Both the position numbers and the translations under genes were made by a program. This document shows positions 20,005 to 30,279 of a DNA stretch of 64,000 bases, piece by piece. Each line of letters opens with the position of its first letter. The first letter of the stretch is position 1. Location: the IMG/VR virus record IMGVR_UViG_3300026549_001031; one strand, written 5' to 3'. Under the pieces are notes generated by a model. It was not told the origin of the DNA. It made no database searches and worked only from the letters and a program-made list of their open reading frames with translations. The stretch is from a virus. Lineage: Duplodnaviria; Heunggongvirae; Uroviricota; Caudoviricetes.

Positions 20005-20991
20005 ATGGGAGTATCATTTAGTGAGGCAGTAAAAAATGAATTAGTGTCAGAGGAAACACTAAAGGTAATACCTAAAAGATGTTTATGTGGCAGTGAGTTA
20101 GAGTTTTCAGACTCACTAAAGGAATTGAAATGTACAGATAAGAATTGTAAGCAGACAGTAATTGCTAGAGTTTGTACATTTTGTAAAAAATTGGGCATAC
20201 CTTTAAGTTATGAGGATGTAAGTTATATTGTAAATAACATTGGAATTGTAACACCTTATCAAATTATGATGCTTGATGAATTAAATAAAGAGAACAGTTC
20301 TTTATTGGGAATGGTCTACAACATTGATGAGGTGCTGCAAGTTATTGAAAATATAAAACAGAATGAATATCTTTTGAACTATGTAGTTGAATTATGTGGC
20401 ATTGAAGATATTGCTAATATAGCAGAGAAAATGTTTTATGGTTTTAAAAGTTTAGATGAGGCATACAACGAAATTGAGATTGGACAGGTAACATTTGTAA
20501 ATGAACGTTTAGGAATTAAGAAGCCTGACAGTAGTATTATTTCAGTAAGGATTTATAATGAATTGTTAGACAGTAAGGAAGAGCTTTTGTTTGGAGAGAC
20601 ACAGTTCAAAATAAAAGAGTATGACTCCCCTAGATTGAATATAGCATTTTGTGATAATACAATACCATTTATAAATAAATCTGAACTTATAGAGGAATGG
20701 AATTACAAGTATGGTTGCATATTTAATCAAGTGACAATCATTGGAGAGAATACAGATATACTTGTGAAAAATGTAGATGGAGCAAGTAGTAAGGTTAGGG
20801 CAGCTAGGACAATAAATGATGAGTACACAGCTGAATTGATGAATAATACTGGTATGGAGTTAAGAGACATAGGAAAATATGAAGAGGGCAAGCTAAAACC
20901 TATTGGTAGCAAGTTGTTTGTTGAGTCATTAGCAAACATAGAGAGTAGGTTGCAGTATATGATAGATAAGGGATACACAATAAAGAGTTGA
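20005..20991 (+). CDS. LigA C-terminal-like protein (Zn finger, HhH-like, BRCT-like)
   Basis: IPKRCLCGSEL...LKCTDKNC matches the LigA Cys4 finger; ELCGIEDIANIAEK is HhH-like; TDILVKNVDGASSKVRAA is BRCT-like. Confidence 0.55.
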   Translation: MGVSFSEAVKNELVSEETLKVIPKRCLCGSELEFSDSLKELKCTDKNCKQTVIARVCTFCKKLGIPLSYEDVSYIVNNIGIVTPYQIMMLDELNKENSSLLGMVYNIDEVLQVIENIKQNEYLLNYVVELCGIEDIANIAEKMFYGFKSLDEAYNEIEIGQVTFVNERLGIKKPDSSIISVRIYNELLDSKEELLFGETQFKIKEYDSPRLNIAFCDNTIPFINKSELIEEWNYKYGCIFNQVTIIGENTDILVKNVDGASSKVRAARTINDEYTAELMNNTGMELRDIGKYEEGKLKPIGSKLFVESLANIESRLQYMIDKGYTIKS

Positions 20992-21021
20992 GAGGGCAAG
21001 GAAAATTGGAGTGATTAGACA

Positions 21022-21468
21022 GTGTACAATTTAATTGGTAAGTGCTATAAAGATTTAGACATATATGAGTTTAAGGTTGAACATGAAGGAAACATAGAGT
21101 ATTTAAGTAGAGACAGGGTAATTGAATTGGCATCAGCAGGAGAAATTGAGGGTGTGCATACAGTTACTGATATAGATGGCAAGATAAAATTGTTAGTGGA
21201 CAAAGGGTTAAGTAGTTTAGACACTTGTGTTAATGAAGATAGACATAAAATGAAAATAATAGGCAGGATGGTAAATTCAGACGAGAGATGTATAGGCTAT
21301 GTGGTAGTTGGAGACAACAAGAAAGAATACAGACTTAGCATTGGTAAGGTTTGGGAAATGACCATTAATCATAATATAGATGGTGTGAAAGCAGTTATTA
21401 AAAATGATAGAAAGTATTTATTGAGTATTGACCCAGGGTTTTTAAGTAACCTGCCTAAAATAAAATAA
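21022..21468 (+). CDS. Protein made only of two copies of the ~70-aa module
   Basis: KIIGRMVNSDERCIGYVVV...VWEM...IDGV...LSNLPKI, plus a similar N-terminal unit. Confidence 0.7.
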   Translation: MYNLIGKCYKDLDIYEFKVEHEGNIEYLSRDRVIELASAGEIEGVHTVTDIDGKIKLLVDKGLSSLDTCVNEDRHKMKIIGRMVNSDERCIGYVVVGDNKKEYRLSIGKVWEMTINHNIDGVKAVIKNDRKYLLSIDPGFLSNLPKIK

Positions 21469-21482
21469 GGTAAGACATCAAT

Positions 21483-21511
21483 TTGACAAATAACTAGTTG
21501 TGTGTTATAAT
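21483..21511 (+). promoter_or_regulatory. Sigma70/SigA consensus promoter
   Basis: TTGACA-17 bp-TATAAT, with the AACTAGTT palindrome inside the spacer. Confidence 0.8.
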
Positions 21512-21607
21512 ATAAGAGTAATAAGGAGATAGTTTGAACAATGATGTACACAGTTGAACGAAAGAATAGACCCAATAGACTAGTTAATCTTTAGGCTATT
21601 GGGTTTA

Positions 21608-21636
21608 TTGCTTTATTTGGAACATTGTGGTATAAT
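21608..21636 (+). promoter_or_regulatory. SigA-type promoter for infC
   Basis: TTGCTT-17 bp-TATAAT with extended TG. Confidence 0.65.
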
Positions 21637-21679
21637 AAAGAAAAAATAAAAAATAAAAATAAAAAGGAGAGCAATTTAA

Positions 21680-22189
21680 TTGAAAACAAAAGACAGACCT
21701 GTAGAAATTAAGTCATCAGTAGTGAATGTAATCATGGAGGATGGAAAGATCAATCAGATGGTTACAAAAGAGGCACAGAAGTTAGCAGAAGAGCAGGGTT
21801 TAGATTTGATTCTGCTTAACAATTCAGGGGATGTGCCTGTAGTTAAAATTGGAGATTACAACAAATATATCTATGAGAAAAACAAGAAAGCAAAAGAGAG
21901 TAAAAAGAGACAGAAAGCAAGTTCTCAGACACTGAAAGAGATTCAGATCAGTGACTCAATTGCAGAGCATGACTTGGAAATCAAGGCTAAATCAGTGGAC
22001 AGGTTATTATCAGAAGGACATAAGGTTCAGCTGTCAATCAGGTACAAAGGAAGAGCGATCGCCTTTATTAAAGGTGGTATTGAAAAGCTTGAGCACTTGG
22101 AATCAAGAGTGACAGTGAATCATAAGATAGATAAAGCAGCTAAAATTAGTGGTAATCAGGTTACAATGATGATATCACCCACTAAGTAA
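21680..22189 (+). CDS. infC: Translation initiation factor IF-3
   Basis: AEEQGLDLILL, PVVKIGDYNKYIYE, KEIQIS..IAEHDLEIK, KVQLSIRYKGR; TTG start. Confidence 0.9.
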   Translation: MKTKDRPVEIKSSVVNVIMEDGKINQMVTKEAQKLAEEQGLDLILLNNSGDVPVVKIGDYNKYIYEKNKKAKESKKRQKASSQTLKEIQISDSIAEHDLEIKAKSVDRLLSEGHKVQLSIRYKGRAIAFIKGGIEKLEHLESRVTVNHKIDKAAKISGNQVTMMISPTK

Positions 22190-22213
22190 GCATGGACATG
22201 GAGGTGTTTAACT

Positions 22214-22858
22214 TTGACACAGAAACAAAAAGACATTTCACTTGTAGTTGGTGTGATAATTGCACTGATTATAATTGGATTGACAGGTAGGTACATAACT
22301 AATCATAGTGGAGGAACAACTGCAGACAATGTAGTTGAGAATACACAGTCTGGGAAAGATGATAGCATTACAATCAATGGAAGAGACAGTGATGCAAGTT
22401 CAGTAGATCCTAAGATTAAGGCTAAATTGGACACTGATAAAAATATGAGTGCTCAGGGAATTGAACAGCAGAGCATTTCGGAAGAGACAGAGGATGATGC
22501 AGATGTACAGACAGTTGAAAATGATGTGTACATAGTTAAACAGTCGGGTGATGCATTAGCAAGTTTAGTTGGTACTTGGGCAACTAACAATGGAGACATT
22601 GTTAAAATTGTTGAGAGTAATGGAACTTGGAGCTACACAGCATACAAAATTGATAGCAACAAGACTTATAGCAATAAGTTGGTTTGTACTAGCAAAAAAT
22701 TAAAGTTTAAGACAAACAAGAATAATAAGAAGTACAAGGAATATAGAATTGTAACATTACCTAGATCAGTTGAGAACAAGGTAACTGGGAAGAAATCAAC
22801 AGTGTTTACGATTGAGAGTACTAAAGGAAAAGCAATAATGCTTACTAAAGGTGAATAG
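22214..22858 (+). CDS. Membrane-anchored hypothetical protein
   Basis: N-terminal TM helix; LVGTW motif. Confidence 0.65.
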   Translation: MTQKQKDISLVVGVIIALIIIGLTGRYITNHSGGTTADNVVENTQSGKDDSITINGRDSDASSVDPKIKAKLDTDKNMSAQGIEQQSISEETEDDADVQTVENDVYIVKQSGDALASLVGTWATNNGDIVKIVESNGTWSYTAYKIDSNKTYSNKLVCTSKKLKFKTNKNNKKYKEYRIVTLPRSVENKVTGKKSTVFTIESTKGKAIMLTKGE

Positions 22859-22868
22859 GTACTTTTGT

Positions 22869-22909
22869 ATAAGGTGATCAAGCAGTGAGTTTGATTACCT
22901 TATATTTTT
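22869..22909 (+). terminator. Rho-independent terminator
   Basis: ATAAGGTGATCAAG...TTTGATTACCTTAT followed by ATTTTT. Confidence 0.65.
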
Positions 22910-23045
22910 GATCTTTTTGAGATCAGATAGTTTAAGCATTGGGTGGTGCATAATTAAAATTAAGTATTTTGGTATGTCTCAAAGATGAGCACTTACATGA
23001 TATAATAATGAAATTATTATTTTATTTGATTGGAGGATTTTGATT

Positions 23046-23942
23046 ATGCAGTTGGTACTCATAGCAATCATTAAAGGTGGTAGGCAGTATAAACAAATTA
23101 GTGGGTTTAGAATAATTGACAGTGATACACGAGAAGTACAGGATATTGCATATAATAATGTAATTAGTACATTAAGAAATGGAAATGCAACAGTTGATGG
23201 AATTGATGTATCAGGGTCTGAACCTAAGGGCAGCAATGGTAGTTTTGATAGATATGCACAGATTGCTGATGGAGTACCTGTTGGTAAATGCCCTGCAGTG
23301 ATATTAAAAGAGTATGCAAATAAGGTTTATGATGTGTCAGACCCTTTTGGTAGAGTGGTTCAGATGACAGAGCAATCAATAATTGATTATGCATCTGTAG
23401 AGGGTTTAGCCAACGGTAAGGTAGTAAATGAGCATATTAGCAGTATAAATGGATCATATAATGCTGATAAGTCATTACTTAGGGCAAAATCAGGAGACAA
23501 GCTGAAACAGAAAATGCGTATACTTGGAGAGACTAATACAGTACTGAATGATGATAATTACTTAGAAAGTATAAAGTCAGACGAAGAAGCAGTATCAGTT
23601 GGCGTAGGTTGTTTAGGTATATGCAGTGAGGCGTTTAGGGAGTGTCCTAATGTAAAAGAGATACACTTACCTTCAACTTGTGTAAACTTTGATGAAAAAG
23701 CCTTTGCAGGTTTGAAATACTTGGAGAAGATAAATATACCTGATGGTACAGTGGAGATTTCTAGAATGTGTTTTTTGAATTGTAGGGCACTTAAGGAAAT
23801 TGAGTTACCTAACTCTATAAGGAAAGTTGGAGACAGTGCTTTTAGAGGAACAGCACTCAAGAAAGTAAGTGTAGGACCTGTAAGGTTTAGTCAGGGTAGG
23901 ACTTGCTTCCCTGCATCAGCTAGGTTACAAATAAGACATTAG
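23046..23942 (+). CDS. Shared N-terminal module pair + BspA-type leucine-rich repeats
   Basis: N-terminal GFRIIDSD/GSNGSFDRY/LANGKVV; C-terminal AFRECPNVKEIHLP, AFAGLKYLEKINIP, CFLNCRALKEIELP (LRR_5). Confidence 0.8.
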   Translation: MQLVLIAIIKGGRQYKQISGFRIIDSDTREVQDIAYNNVISTLRNGNATVDGIDVSGSEPKGSNGSFDRYAQIADGVPVGKCPAVILKEYANKVYDVSDPFGRVVQMTEQSIIDYASVEGLANGKVVNEHISSINGSYNADKSLLRAKSGDKLKQKMRILGETNTVLNDDNYLESIKSDEEAVSVGVGCLGICSEAFRECPNVKEIHLPSTCVNFDEKAFAGLKYLEKINIPDGTVEISRMCFLNCRALKEIELPNSIRKVGDSAFRGTALKKVSVGPVRFSQGRTCFPASARLQIRH

Positions 23943-23959
23943 GAGGAGGAAAGATAGAC

Positions 23960-26671
23960 ATGAAGATTTTTATTATTGCACAGATAGTAAATGGAAATGA
24001 CATAGTAGGTTATAGGATGTTGGACGTAGATGATAAGAATAAGGTACTTGATATTCCTTTGAATAACCTAGTGCAAACACTTGGATCTCCTCAGGGAGAG
24101 GGACTTATTAAAAATGCTAAACTTGTGAATGGAAAAGTGACAGGCACTAATGGTAGTTTATCACGTTATGCAAAAGTGGATGCAAACACTGGTAGATTAG
24201 TTGATGCAAGTCCTTTAGTTGTAATCAACAAGATTGAAGATGTAGGATACACAGTGGCTGACTTCAATGGCAGGGTAGTAAAAATGAAAAACTCTGATGT
24301 AGTTGACTATGCAAAGAAAAATGGCATTGCTAATGGTAAGGTAGTCATTCAGGATGGAGTGGAGTTTATAAGTAGTATTTCAGATACATATGAGGTAAAA
24401 AAGATTAGTCCTAGCAAAGTTGGTAAGACAAGGACAATGGGGATGCCTATACATATAAGTAATAATAACAGCAGTATTGCTAAACACACCAGAGAAGATG
24501 TAGACACGGAGATTCAATACACAGACGTATTTGCAGCGATGACTGCAGAGCAGAGAAACACACTTAAGCAGTACTATTCATGGTATACAGTAGATGAATT
24601 TGAGAAGCTTGCACATAGTGTTAGACTTTCATTAGCACCTGGTAAGGCAGAGAAATTGGCTGCACTACGTGGAGTTGATGATTGGGTGTTTGCAGGAATA
24701 AATGATAGTTACCTTGAAAAGAGGTTTGATGCAAAGTGTGAATTAGGTCATAACTTAAGATATGAGTATTTTGCAATACCTGATGATAGTGCAACAGATA
24801 AGGATAGACAAAGACATAGGGGTGAAAATTGGAAAGAAAGACTTAGTTCTTTTGATGCATTAAGAGAAAATGGTGCAATAGTGTTTGGTGAGAAATGCTC
24901 TGCTGATTTCTTCAATATCTCTACAGATGATATGAAAAAGCTTGTTAAAACACGTAAGAACATGACAGAAGAGATTGAACTTACATCTAATGTGATAACT
25001 AATCATTTGGAAAAAGAATACATGGAAAAATGTAAGTTATTATATAGCATTATTCAGGAACTTGGGTCAGCTAGTGAAGTGGTAAGAATCTTTGGAGATA
25101 AGGTGGGATATACACTTCTAATGTTTATTAAGACAAATATACCTTTTGTAAAGAGTCTTGTGCTTTTAGCAGGGGAGAAGGCAAGAGAGAACAAGAAAGA
25201 ATTATTCAAAGCATTGTATAAAAAGAATGCAGACCTGATTGATATAATATACAGTGGCGGTTTATCTAATGGGGCACGTCAGGAGAGTGCAGTGCTTGAT
25301 CATATTGTAACATATTCTATTGAGGGTAAATATCAGTATGATCCTTTACACGACGAGGAAAGAACAAGAAGAGACATAGGTAAATATAATGAAGAGACAC
25401 GTAATGAAAGGAGAACAGAGAATGCATTCTTCTTTAGTAGATCATTGATTAGGGATGATGAGTCATTAGAGGAAATTCAGGGATACTTAGCAACATTGGA
25501 TATGATGTACACTATATTTGGTGCAAGTGATCATTATATTAGAAGTAGGGCAGAGGATGTTGAATGTAAGTATCCTGCTAGTAATACTAGCAGAAGAGGA
25601 AGTAGGTACTTACCTTTGCAATATTTCTTAAATGATATGTATACATGGGTAATCTATAATACAGACAGGACAGATGTGAATAGTCTTACAGATTATTCAG
25701 CAGTCATTAGTAGTTTATCTGTTACAAATAGGTATTCACGCAGACCTGACTATAAAAACTTAATACCTGAAAGTAGAATGGGTAGAGACTATAATACTGT
25801 ATTGGAACTTAAGGAAGTAGTTGAGACAGCACTAGGTAATAGCAGTGACATTAACACACTTGTAGTAAATACAGTAGGAAAATATATAGATGCAATTTCA
25901 GCAGATGAAAGGGCAAAGAGAGAAGAAAGACTTAACAAGATAAGTTATTGTGTAGCACTGCTAAATGATGATACAGGCAATAGAGTATTATTTGAGGCAG
26001 ACAAGGATACAAAGTTAGCATTGCAGAATAATCAGAGTCATATGGTGAATACAATTGGACATGAAGAAATGAATGTGCAAGACTTTAAGAGTGTAGAATT
26101 CATCAGTACTTTTGAATATAATGCATATAAAATAAGAATGTCTGGTTTAATGAATGAGCCTGTTGTAAAAGAGAGTAGGACAACAGCTAAACGGGCTGAT
26201 GCATATTTAAGTGAGAATGGTACAGATGGGGATAAAGCAGATGCAGGTACTAAAGATAAGGTTCAGCTTGTAAAAGAGTTATTAGATCAATACAAAGGAG
26301 ATATGGACTATGGTTTAATGACTGCACAGAACATTGCAAGTAGAGGAATTGCATATGATAAATTATCTGACAAGCAGAGATGGAGAATAGATAAAACATA
26401 TGAAATATTAACTGATACAAGTTCGAATGGGCAGAGTACACAGGTAAATGAAGAGAGTAGCAATAAGAATTTGTTGAAAGATCATCATGATGTTTCAGAG
26501 AAGATTGAAAAATTGTTAGAGATCAGGGTTAATGGAGATATGGATGCACTGGCTAAAATCAATACAGCATCAAGAATTGTTTATAATATCATTCAAACTG
26601 TTGAAAGAACAGGTGAATATTCAGATAAACAGTTGAAACATATTGAAAAAGCATATGAGGTAATTAAATAA
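23960..26671 (+). CDS. Shared N-terminal module pair + large unknown region (putative Zn site, C-terminal SDKQ repeats)
   Basis: GYRMLDVD/GTNGSLSRY/IANGKVV; CELGHNLRYEY...FGEKC; LSDKQRWRIDKTYEIL and YSDKQLKHIEKAYEVI. Confidence 0.75.
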   Translation: MKIFIIAQIVNGNDIVGYRMLDVDDKNKVLDIPLNNLVQTLGSPQGEGLIKNAKLVNGKVTGTNGSLSRYAKVDANTGRLVDASPLVVINKIEDVGYTVADFNGRVVKMKNSDVVDYAKKNGIANGKVVIQDGVEFISSISDTYEVKKISPSKVGKTRTMGMPIHISNNNSSIAKHTREDVDTEIQYTDVFAAMTAEQRNTLKQYYSWYTVDEFEKLAHSVRLSLAPGKAEKLAALRGVDDWVFAGINDSYLEKRFDAKCELGHNLRYEYFAIPDDSATDKDRQRHRGENWKERLSSFDALRENGAIVFGEKCSADFFNISTDDMKKLVKTRKNMTEEIELTSNVITNHLEKEYMEKCKLLYSIIQELGSASEVVRIFGDKVGYTLLMFIKTNIPFVKSLVLLAGEKARENKKELFKALYKKNADLIDIIYSGGLSNGARQESAVLDHIVTYSIEGKYQYDPLHDEERTRRDIGKYNEETRNERRTENAFFFSRSLIRDDESLEEIQGYLATLDMMYTIFGASDHYIRSRAEDVECKYPASNTSRRGSRYLPLQYFLNDMYTWVIYNTDRTDVNSLTDYSAVISSLSVTNRYSRRPDYKNLIPESRMGRDYNTVLELKEVVETALGNSSDINTLVVNTVGKYIDAISADERAKREERLNKISYCVALLNDDTGNRVLFEADKDTKLALQNNQSHMVNTIGHEEMNVQDFKSVEFISTFEYNAYKIRMSGLMNEPVVKESRTTAKRADAYLSENGTDGDKADAGTKDKVQLVKELLDQYKGDMDYGLMTAQNIASRGIAYDKLSDKQRWRIDKTYEILTDTSSNGQSTQVNEESSNKNLLKDHHDVSEKIEKLLEIRVNGDMDALAKINTASRIVYNIIQTVERTGEYSDKQLKHIEKAYEVIK

Positions 26672-26701
26672 CATATATAAAGGAAAGGAGGTGCATCTAA
26701 A

Positions 26702-28990
26702 TTGAAAATACATCTTATTGGAGTGCATTATGGAAATAATAGCAAGGCAGACATTACAGGATTTAGACTTTTAGATTCCGATAGTGGACAAGTAATGGAT
26801 CAGACATATCAAGCAGTTTATAGTGTATTAACACAGGGAAAAGTGGAAATACAAGGCATTAAATTAGACAGACATAAAGGTTTAGTTGGAAGCAATGGAG
26901 CCTTTAGTAGATATCCTTCATTTGTAGTTGGAAAGACAGCAGGACAGTCTATAATAATTATAGGCAGTTATGATAATGTTGGTTACAAGATTGCAAACTG
27001 TAATGGACAGATGGTTGATATTAAGTCAGAGGATTTAATTAGAAAGCTACTGGGTAAAGAGTGTAAGATCGCTAATGGTAAGGTAGTAGACAAGGATGGT
27101 TTACAGTTTATTTCTGCAATAAGTGGCAGTTATGACAATTTGGGTACACCTAAAATCAAGAGACAACCAGTTAAACAGAAAAGTGCACAGGCCGAAAGAA
27201 AACCTGTGCAGGTTGAAAAGAAGCAGGTACAACATCAAAAGAAACAGGTGCAGGCTGAAAAAGAGGATAAGTCAGTTAATAATAAAATAGACATTAGTGA
27301 TAATGAAAAGAGACATGCAGCTATGACTACAATACTTAGAAATCACAGGTTTGTATCAGAGTTAAGTGATGCTGAATCCCTGATGAAAACTGTAGATCCT
27401 AATACAGGAATGACAGTAGAAGAAAAAATGAATTACGCACAGGTTGCATTGAGGACATTGAAACCTTTTTATTACTCATTGTATTCAGGCTTCAATAAAA
27501 AAGAATCAGACAGGAAGCATGGAGTGAAAACACTTGGTGTAACACTAAATACATTGTATTTCAATTCAGAGTTTGTACTCAAATTACCTTTGGAAGAGTT
27601 GGTGTTTACAATAATTCATGAGTTATCTCATGTGGCTATGAGACATAGATCACGTGAGGGTAAGAGAGATCATAAGAAGTTTAATTATGCATGTGACTAT
27701 TACATCAATAGAGAAATTGCTTTAGACTTTAATTTAGAGCCTGGGGTACCTGTAAAAGCAATTAGTGCAGTGGAAAGAGAGAAGATGACATCTGAACAAA
27801 TAATGGGTGAACTTGGAAATAAGAATAGATACACAATAAAGTTACCTACTTGGGTTTTGTACAATCCTGACGTTGACATAGAAAAGGATACACCTGAAAG
27901 TATATATGATGAGATTGAGAATCCTCCAGAGGATCCTAATCAAAGCAATGGGAACAGTGATAATAGTAAGGATAGCAATGATGACAATGATGATTCATCA
28001 GACAACAGCTCGAATAATGATTCAGACAATGGAGACAATGAGTCATCAGAGGGTGGAGATGCTGAGCAGGATGGAAATGCTGAGTCATCAGAGGATGAAG
28101 ATGCTGAGCAGGATAGCAGTGATAGCAGCACTGGTTCAGGAGATAAAGACAGTGAGGATGGAGACAGCAATGATAAAGAGGGTGGCTCTGGTGATTTAGG
28201 TGATGAGGATAACGGAGATAAAGTAACTTTCAGAGGGACAACACAGAGTGCTCCTGAAGACGACATGGTTGATGATGAAGAGACAGCAGGTATGTCAGAT
28301 GAGACCATAGAGCAGAAAGAGAAAGGCGTACTTAAGGCAGCAATACAAAGACATAAATTATCTGGTCATAACTTTGGTGGAGAGAGTGGGGATTGGATCG
28401 AACGTTATGTAGAAAAGTCATTAGCACCTAAAGTAAACTGGGTAGCTCTGGTAAGAAACTATTTAACAGTGTCTCAACAAAAGACAATGTCTTATTCATC
28501 ACCTGACAGGAGATTCTTGTCACGTAATAAGATATTTCCTGGTCCTAGGAAAATAGAACCTGATACATTAGGAGATGTTAAGTTCTGCATTGATACAAGT
28601 GGTTCTATTTCAGATACAGATTTAGGTGTGGTATTTAATCAAATGCAGCAACTACTTAGAAAGTTTAATGCTAAGGCAGAGGTAATTTACTGGGATACAC
28701 AGATAAGGTCAATTCAACCTTTTGAAAATATAAGGGAACTTGTAAAAACTAAACCTGTTGGAGGTGGAGGCACTGATGCAAATTGTATCTTCAGGTATTT
28801 TGAAGAAGATAAGCAGTATAGATTAAGAATGAGACCTCAACCTACCTTAATTGTCATATTTACTGATGGTTATATACCTCAGGTTGATATGAAGCATAAG
28901 AAATATAGAAATACAATATGGGTTGTAAATGGAAACAACTATGAAAGGTTTGATGCACCTTTTGGAAAGAAAGCAAAGCTTAAACCATAG
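26702..28990 (+). CDS. Shared N-terminal module pair + HExxH metallopeptidase + acidic linker + vWA domain (DUF2201-type)
   Basis: GFRLLDSD/GSNGAFSRY/IANGKVV; IIHELSHVAMRH...FNYACDYYIN; MIDAS DTSGS, GGGGTD, FTDG. Confidence 0.85.
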   Translation: MKIHLIGVHYGNNSKADITGFRLLDSDSGQVMDQTYQAVYSVLTQGKVEIQGIKLDRHKGLVGSNGAFSRYPSFVVGKTAGQSIIIIGSYDNVGYKIANCNGQMVDIKSEDLIRKLLGKECKIANGKVVDKDGLQFISAISGSYDNLGTPKIKRQPVKQKSAQAERKPVQVEKKQVQHQKKQVQAEKEDKSVNNKIDISDNEKRHAAMTTILRNHRFVSELSDAESLMKTVDPNTGMTVEEKMNYAQVALRTLKPFYYSLYSGFNKKESDRKHGVKTLGVTLNTLYFNSEFVLKLPLEELVFTIIHELSHVAMRHRSREGKRDHKKFNYACDYYINREIALDFNLEPGVPVKAISAVEREKMTSEQIMGELGNKNRYTIKLPTWVLYNPDVDIEKDTPESIYDEIENPPEDPNQSNGNSDNSKDSNDDNDDSSDNSSNNDSDNGDNESSEGGDAEQDGNAESSEDEDAEQDSSDSSTGSGDKDSEDGDSNDKEGGSGDLGDEDNGDKVTFRGTTQSAPEDDMVDDEETAGMSDETIEQKEKGVLKAAIQRHKLSGHNFGGESGDWIERYVEKSLAPKVNWVALVRNYLTVSQQKTMSYSSPDRRFLSRNKIFPGPRKIEPDTLGDVKFCIDTSGSISDTDLGVVFNQMQQLLRKFNAKAEVIYWDTQIRSIQPFENIRELVKTKPVGGGGTDANCIFRYFEEDKQYRLRMRPQPTLIVIFTDGYIPQVDMKHKKYRNTIWVVNGNNYERFDAPFGKKAKLKP

Positions 28991-29049
28991 CATGTATAAC
29001 ATATTATAATAATTTTTATTATAAAATTTTTGATTGGAGGTAGTAACAG

Positions 29050-30231
29050 ATGGGTAACGACGAACTTGAATTACAAGCCGAGACCATGAATATGATGGCA
29101 ATAAACATTAAACAGTTCACTGATGAAATCAGGATGGACATGGAAGATGGAAACTATGACCCTATTATTGGTTTAGGTAAGTCAGGTATTGGAAAGACAG
29201 TGTCTATTGCAGAATTAGCACAGGAACTTGGAATTGGCTATAAGGAAATCAGATTAGTTGCAATGCAGGAGCAGGACTTACTTGGTGTTCCTGAGGTATA
29301 TGATCATAGAACTTCATATGCAGCTAACACACTATTACCTGATGCTAGCAGAGATGGAGAAGTTGGACTTCTGGTGTTTGATGAAATTACATCCTGTTCA
29401 CAGACATTAAGAGCAGCAGCTTATCAGTTGTTAGATAGTCAGAGGTCAGTAGGAAATTATCACTTGCCTGAAAAGTGGAAAGTAATTGCACTTGGAAATG
29501 GTTTAGGTGATGGGGGTGTGTTTACTGGCATGGAGTCAGCATTTCTATCACGTGCAACTTGTTTTAGGGTTGACGTTAACTTTAACGTTTGGAAAAATTG
29601 GGCAACAGCTCATGATGTGAATAAGACAGTAGTTGCTTTCTTGGAAAACAATAAGGAATTGATTCACAAGATGAATCCTGACGACATTGCAACAATATTC
29701 CCTTGTCCTAGAAGTTGGACAGCATTGAGTAAAAAGTTAAATGCAAGAGAGAAAAGAGCAAGCAATGGGATTCTAAGTCCTGAGCAGGTTGAAATTTATG
29801 CAGCTGGGGCAATTGGTAGCGATGTTGCATCAAGTTTTGCTGCTTTCTACGCTTATAACAGGGATGTACTTTCTGTAGATGATATTCTGGCAGGTAGAGT
29901 AAAAGCTAAAGACATGCAGGGAATTGAACAGCAGGCTATGTATATTACAATCAGAGAGGTTGTAAGTGAATGCAAGAAAATTCTTGAGCAGGGCAATACA
30001 GGTTTAGGTGAGTTTACAGATGATGCAATTAAGACAACAATCAATATCATCAGATGGATTGGTGAGGCATGCAACGTAAGACTCGACTATGCAACAGTGG
30101 CATTGAATGATATGATGCAGGGCATTCCTCAATTTAGAGACTTGGTATTAGTAAATGAGGACTTTAGTTTAGACTGTCCTGAATTTACAGCACTCATGGA
30201 TAAATTGAATTTATCATTTACAGCAAGATAA
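29050..30231 (+). CDS. MoxR-like AAA+ ATPase
   Basis: Walker A GKSGIGKT, DLLGVP, Walker B LVFDEI, ALGN, AFLSR, PCPRSW; partner of DUF2201 vWA proteins. Confidence 0.88.
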   Translation: MGNDELELQAETMNMMAINIKQFTDEIRMDMEDGNYDPIIGLGKSGIGKTVSIAELAQELGIGYKEIRLVAMQEQDLLGVPEVYDHRTSYAANTLLPDASRDGEVGLLVFDEITSCSQTLRAAAYQLLDSQRSVGNYHLPEKWKVIALGNGLGDGGVFTGMESAFLSRATCFRVDVNFNVWKNWATAHDVNKTVVAFLENNKELIHKMNPDDIATIFPCPRSWTALSKKLNAREKRASNGILSPEQVEIYAAGAIGSDVASSFAAFYAYNRDVLSVDDILAGRVKAKDMQGIEQQAMYITIREVVSECKKILEQGNTGLGEFTDDAIKTTINIIRWIGEACNVRLDYATVALNDMMQGIPQFRDLVLVNEDFSLDCPEFTALMDKLNLSFTAR

Positions 30232-30279
30232 TCATACAGTGGGAAATAGAAATAAAGTATTAAAATAGGAGGAAGCAAC

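Noticed and set aside
21680-21682. Autoregulatory AUU start of infC
   Set aside because: The in-frame start is TTG directly after a TAA, and TTG starts are common in this window.
27930-28230. 42-bp duplication and D/S/N-rich repeats
   Set aside because: Ordinary low-complexity linker between the peptidase and vWA domains.
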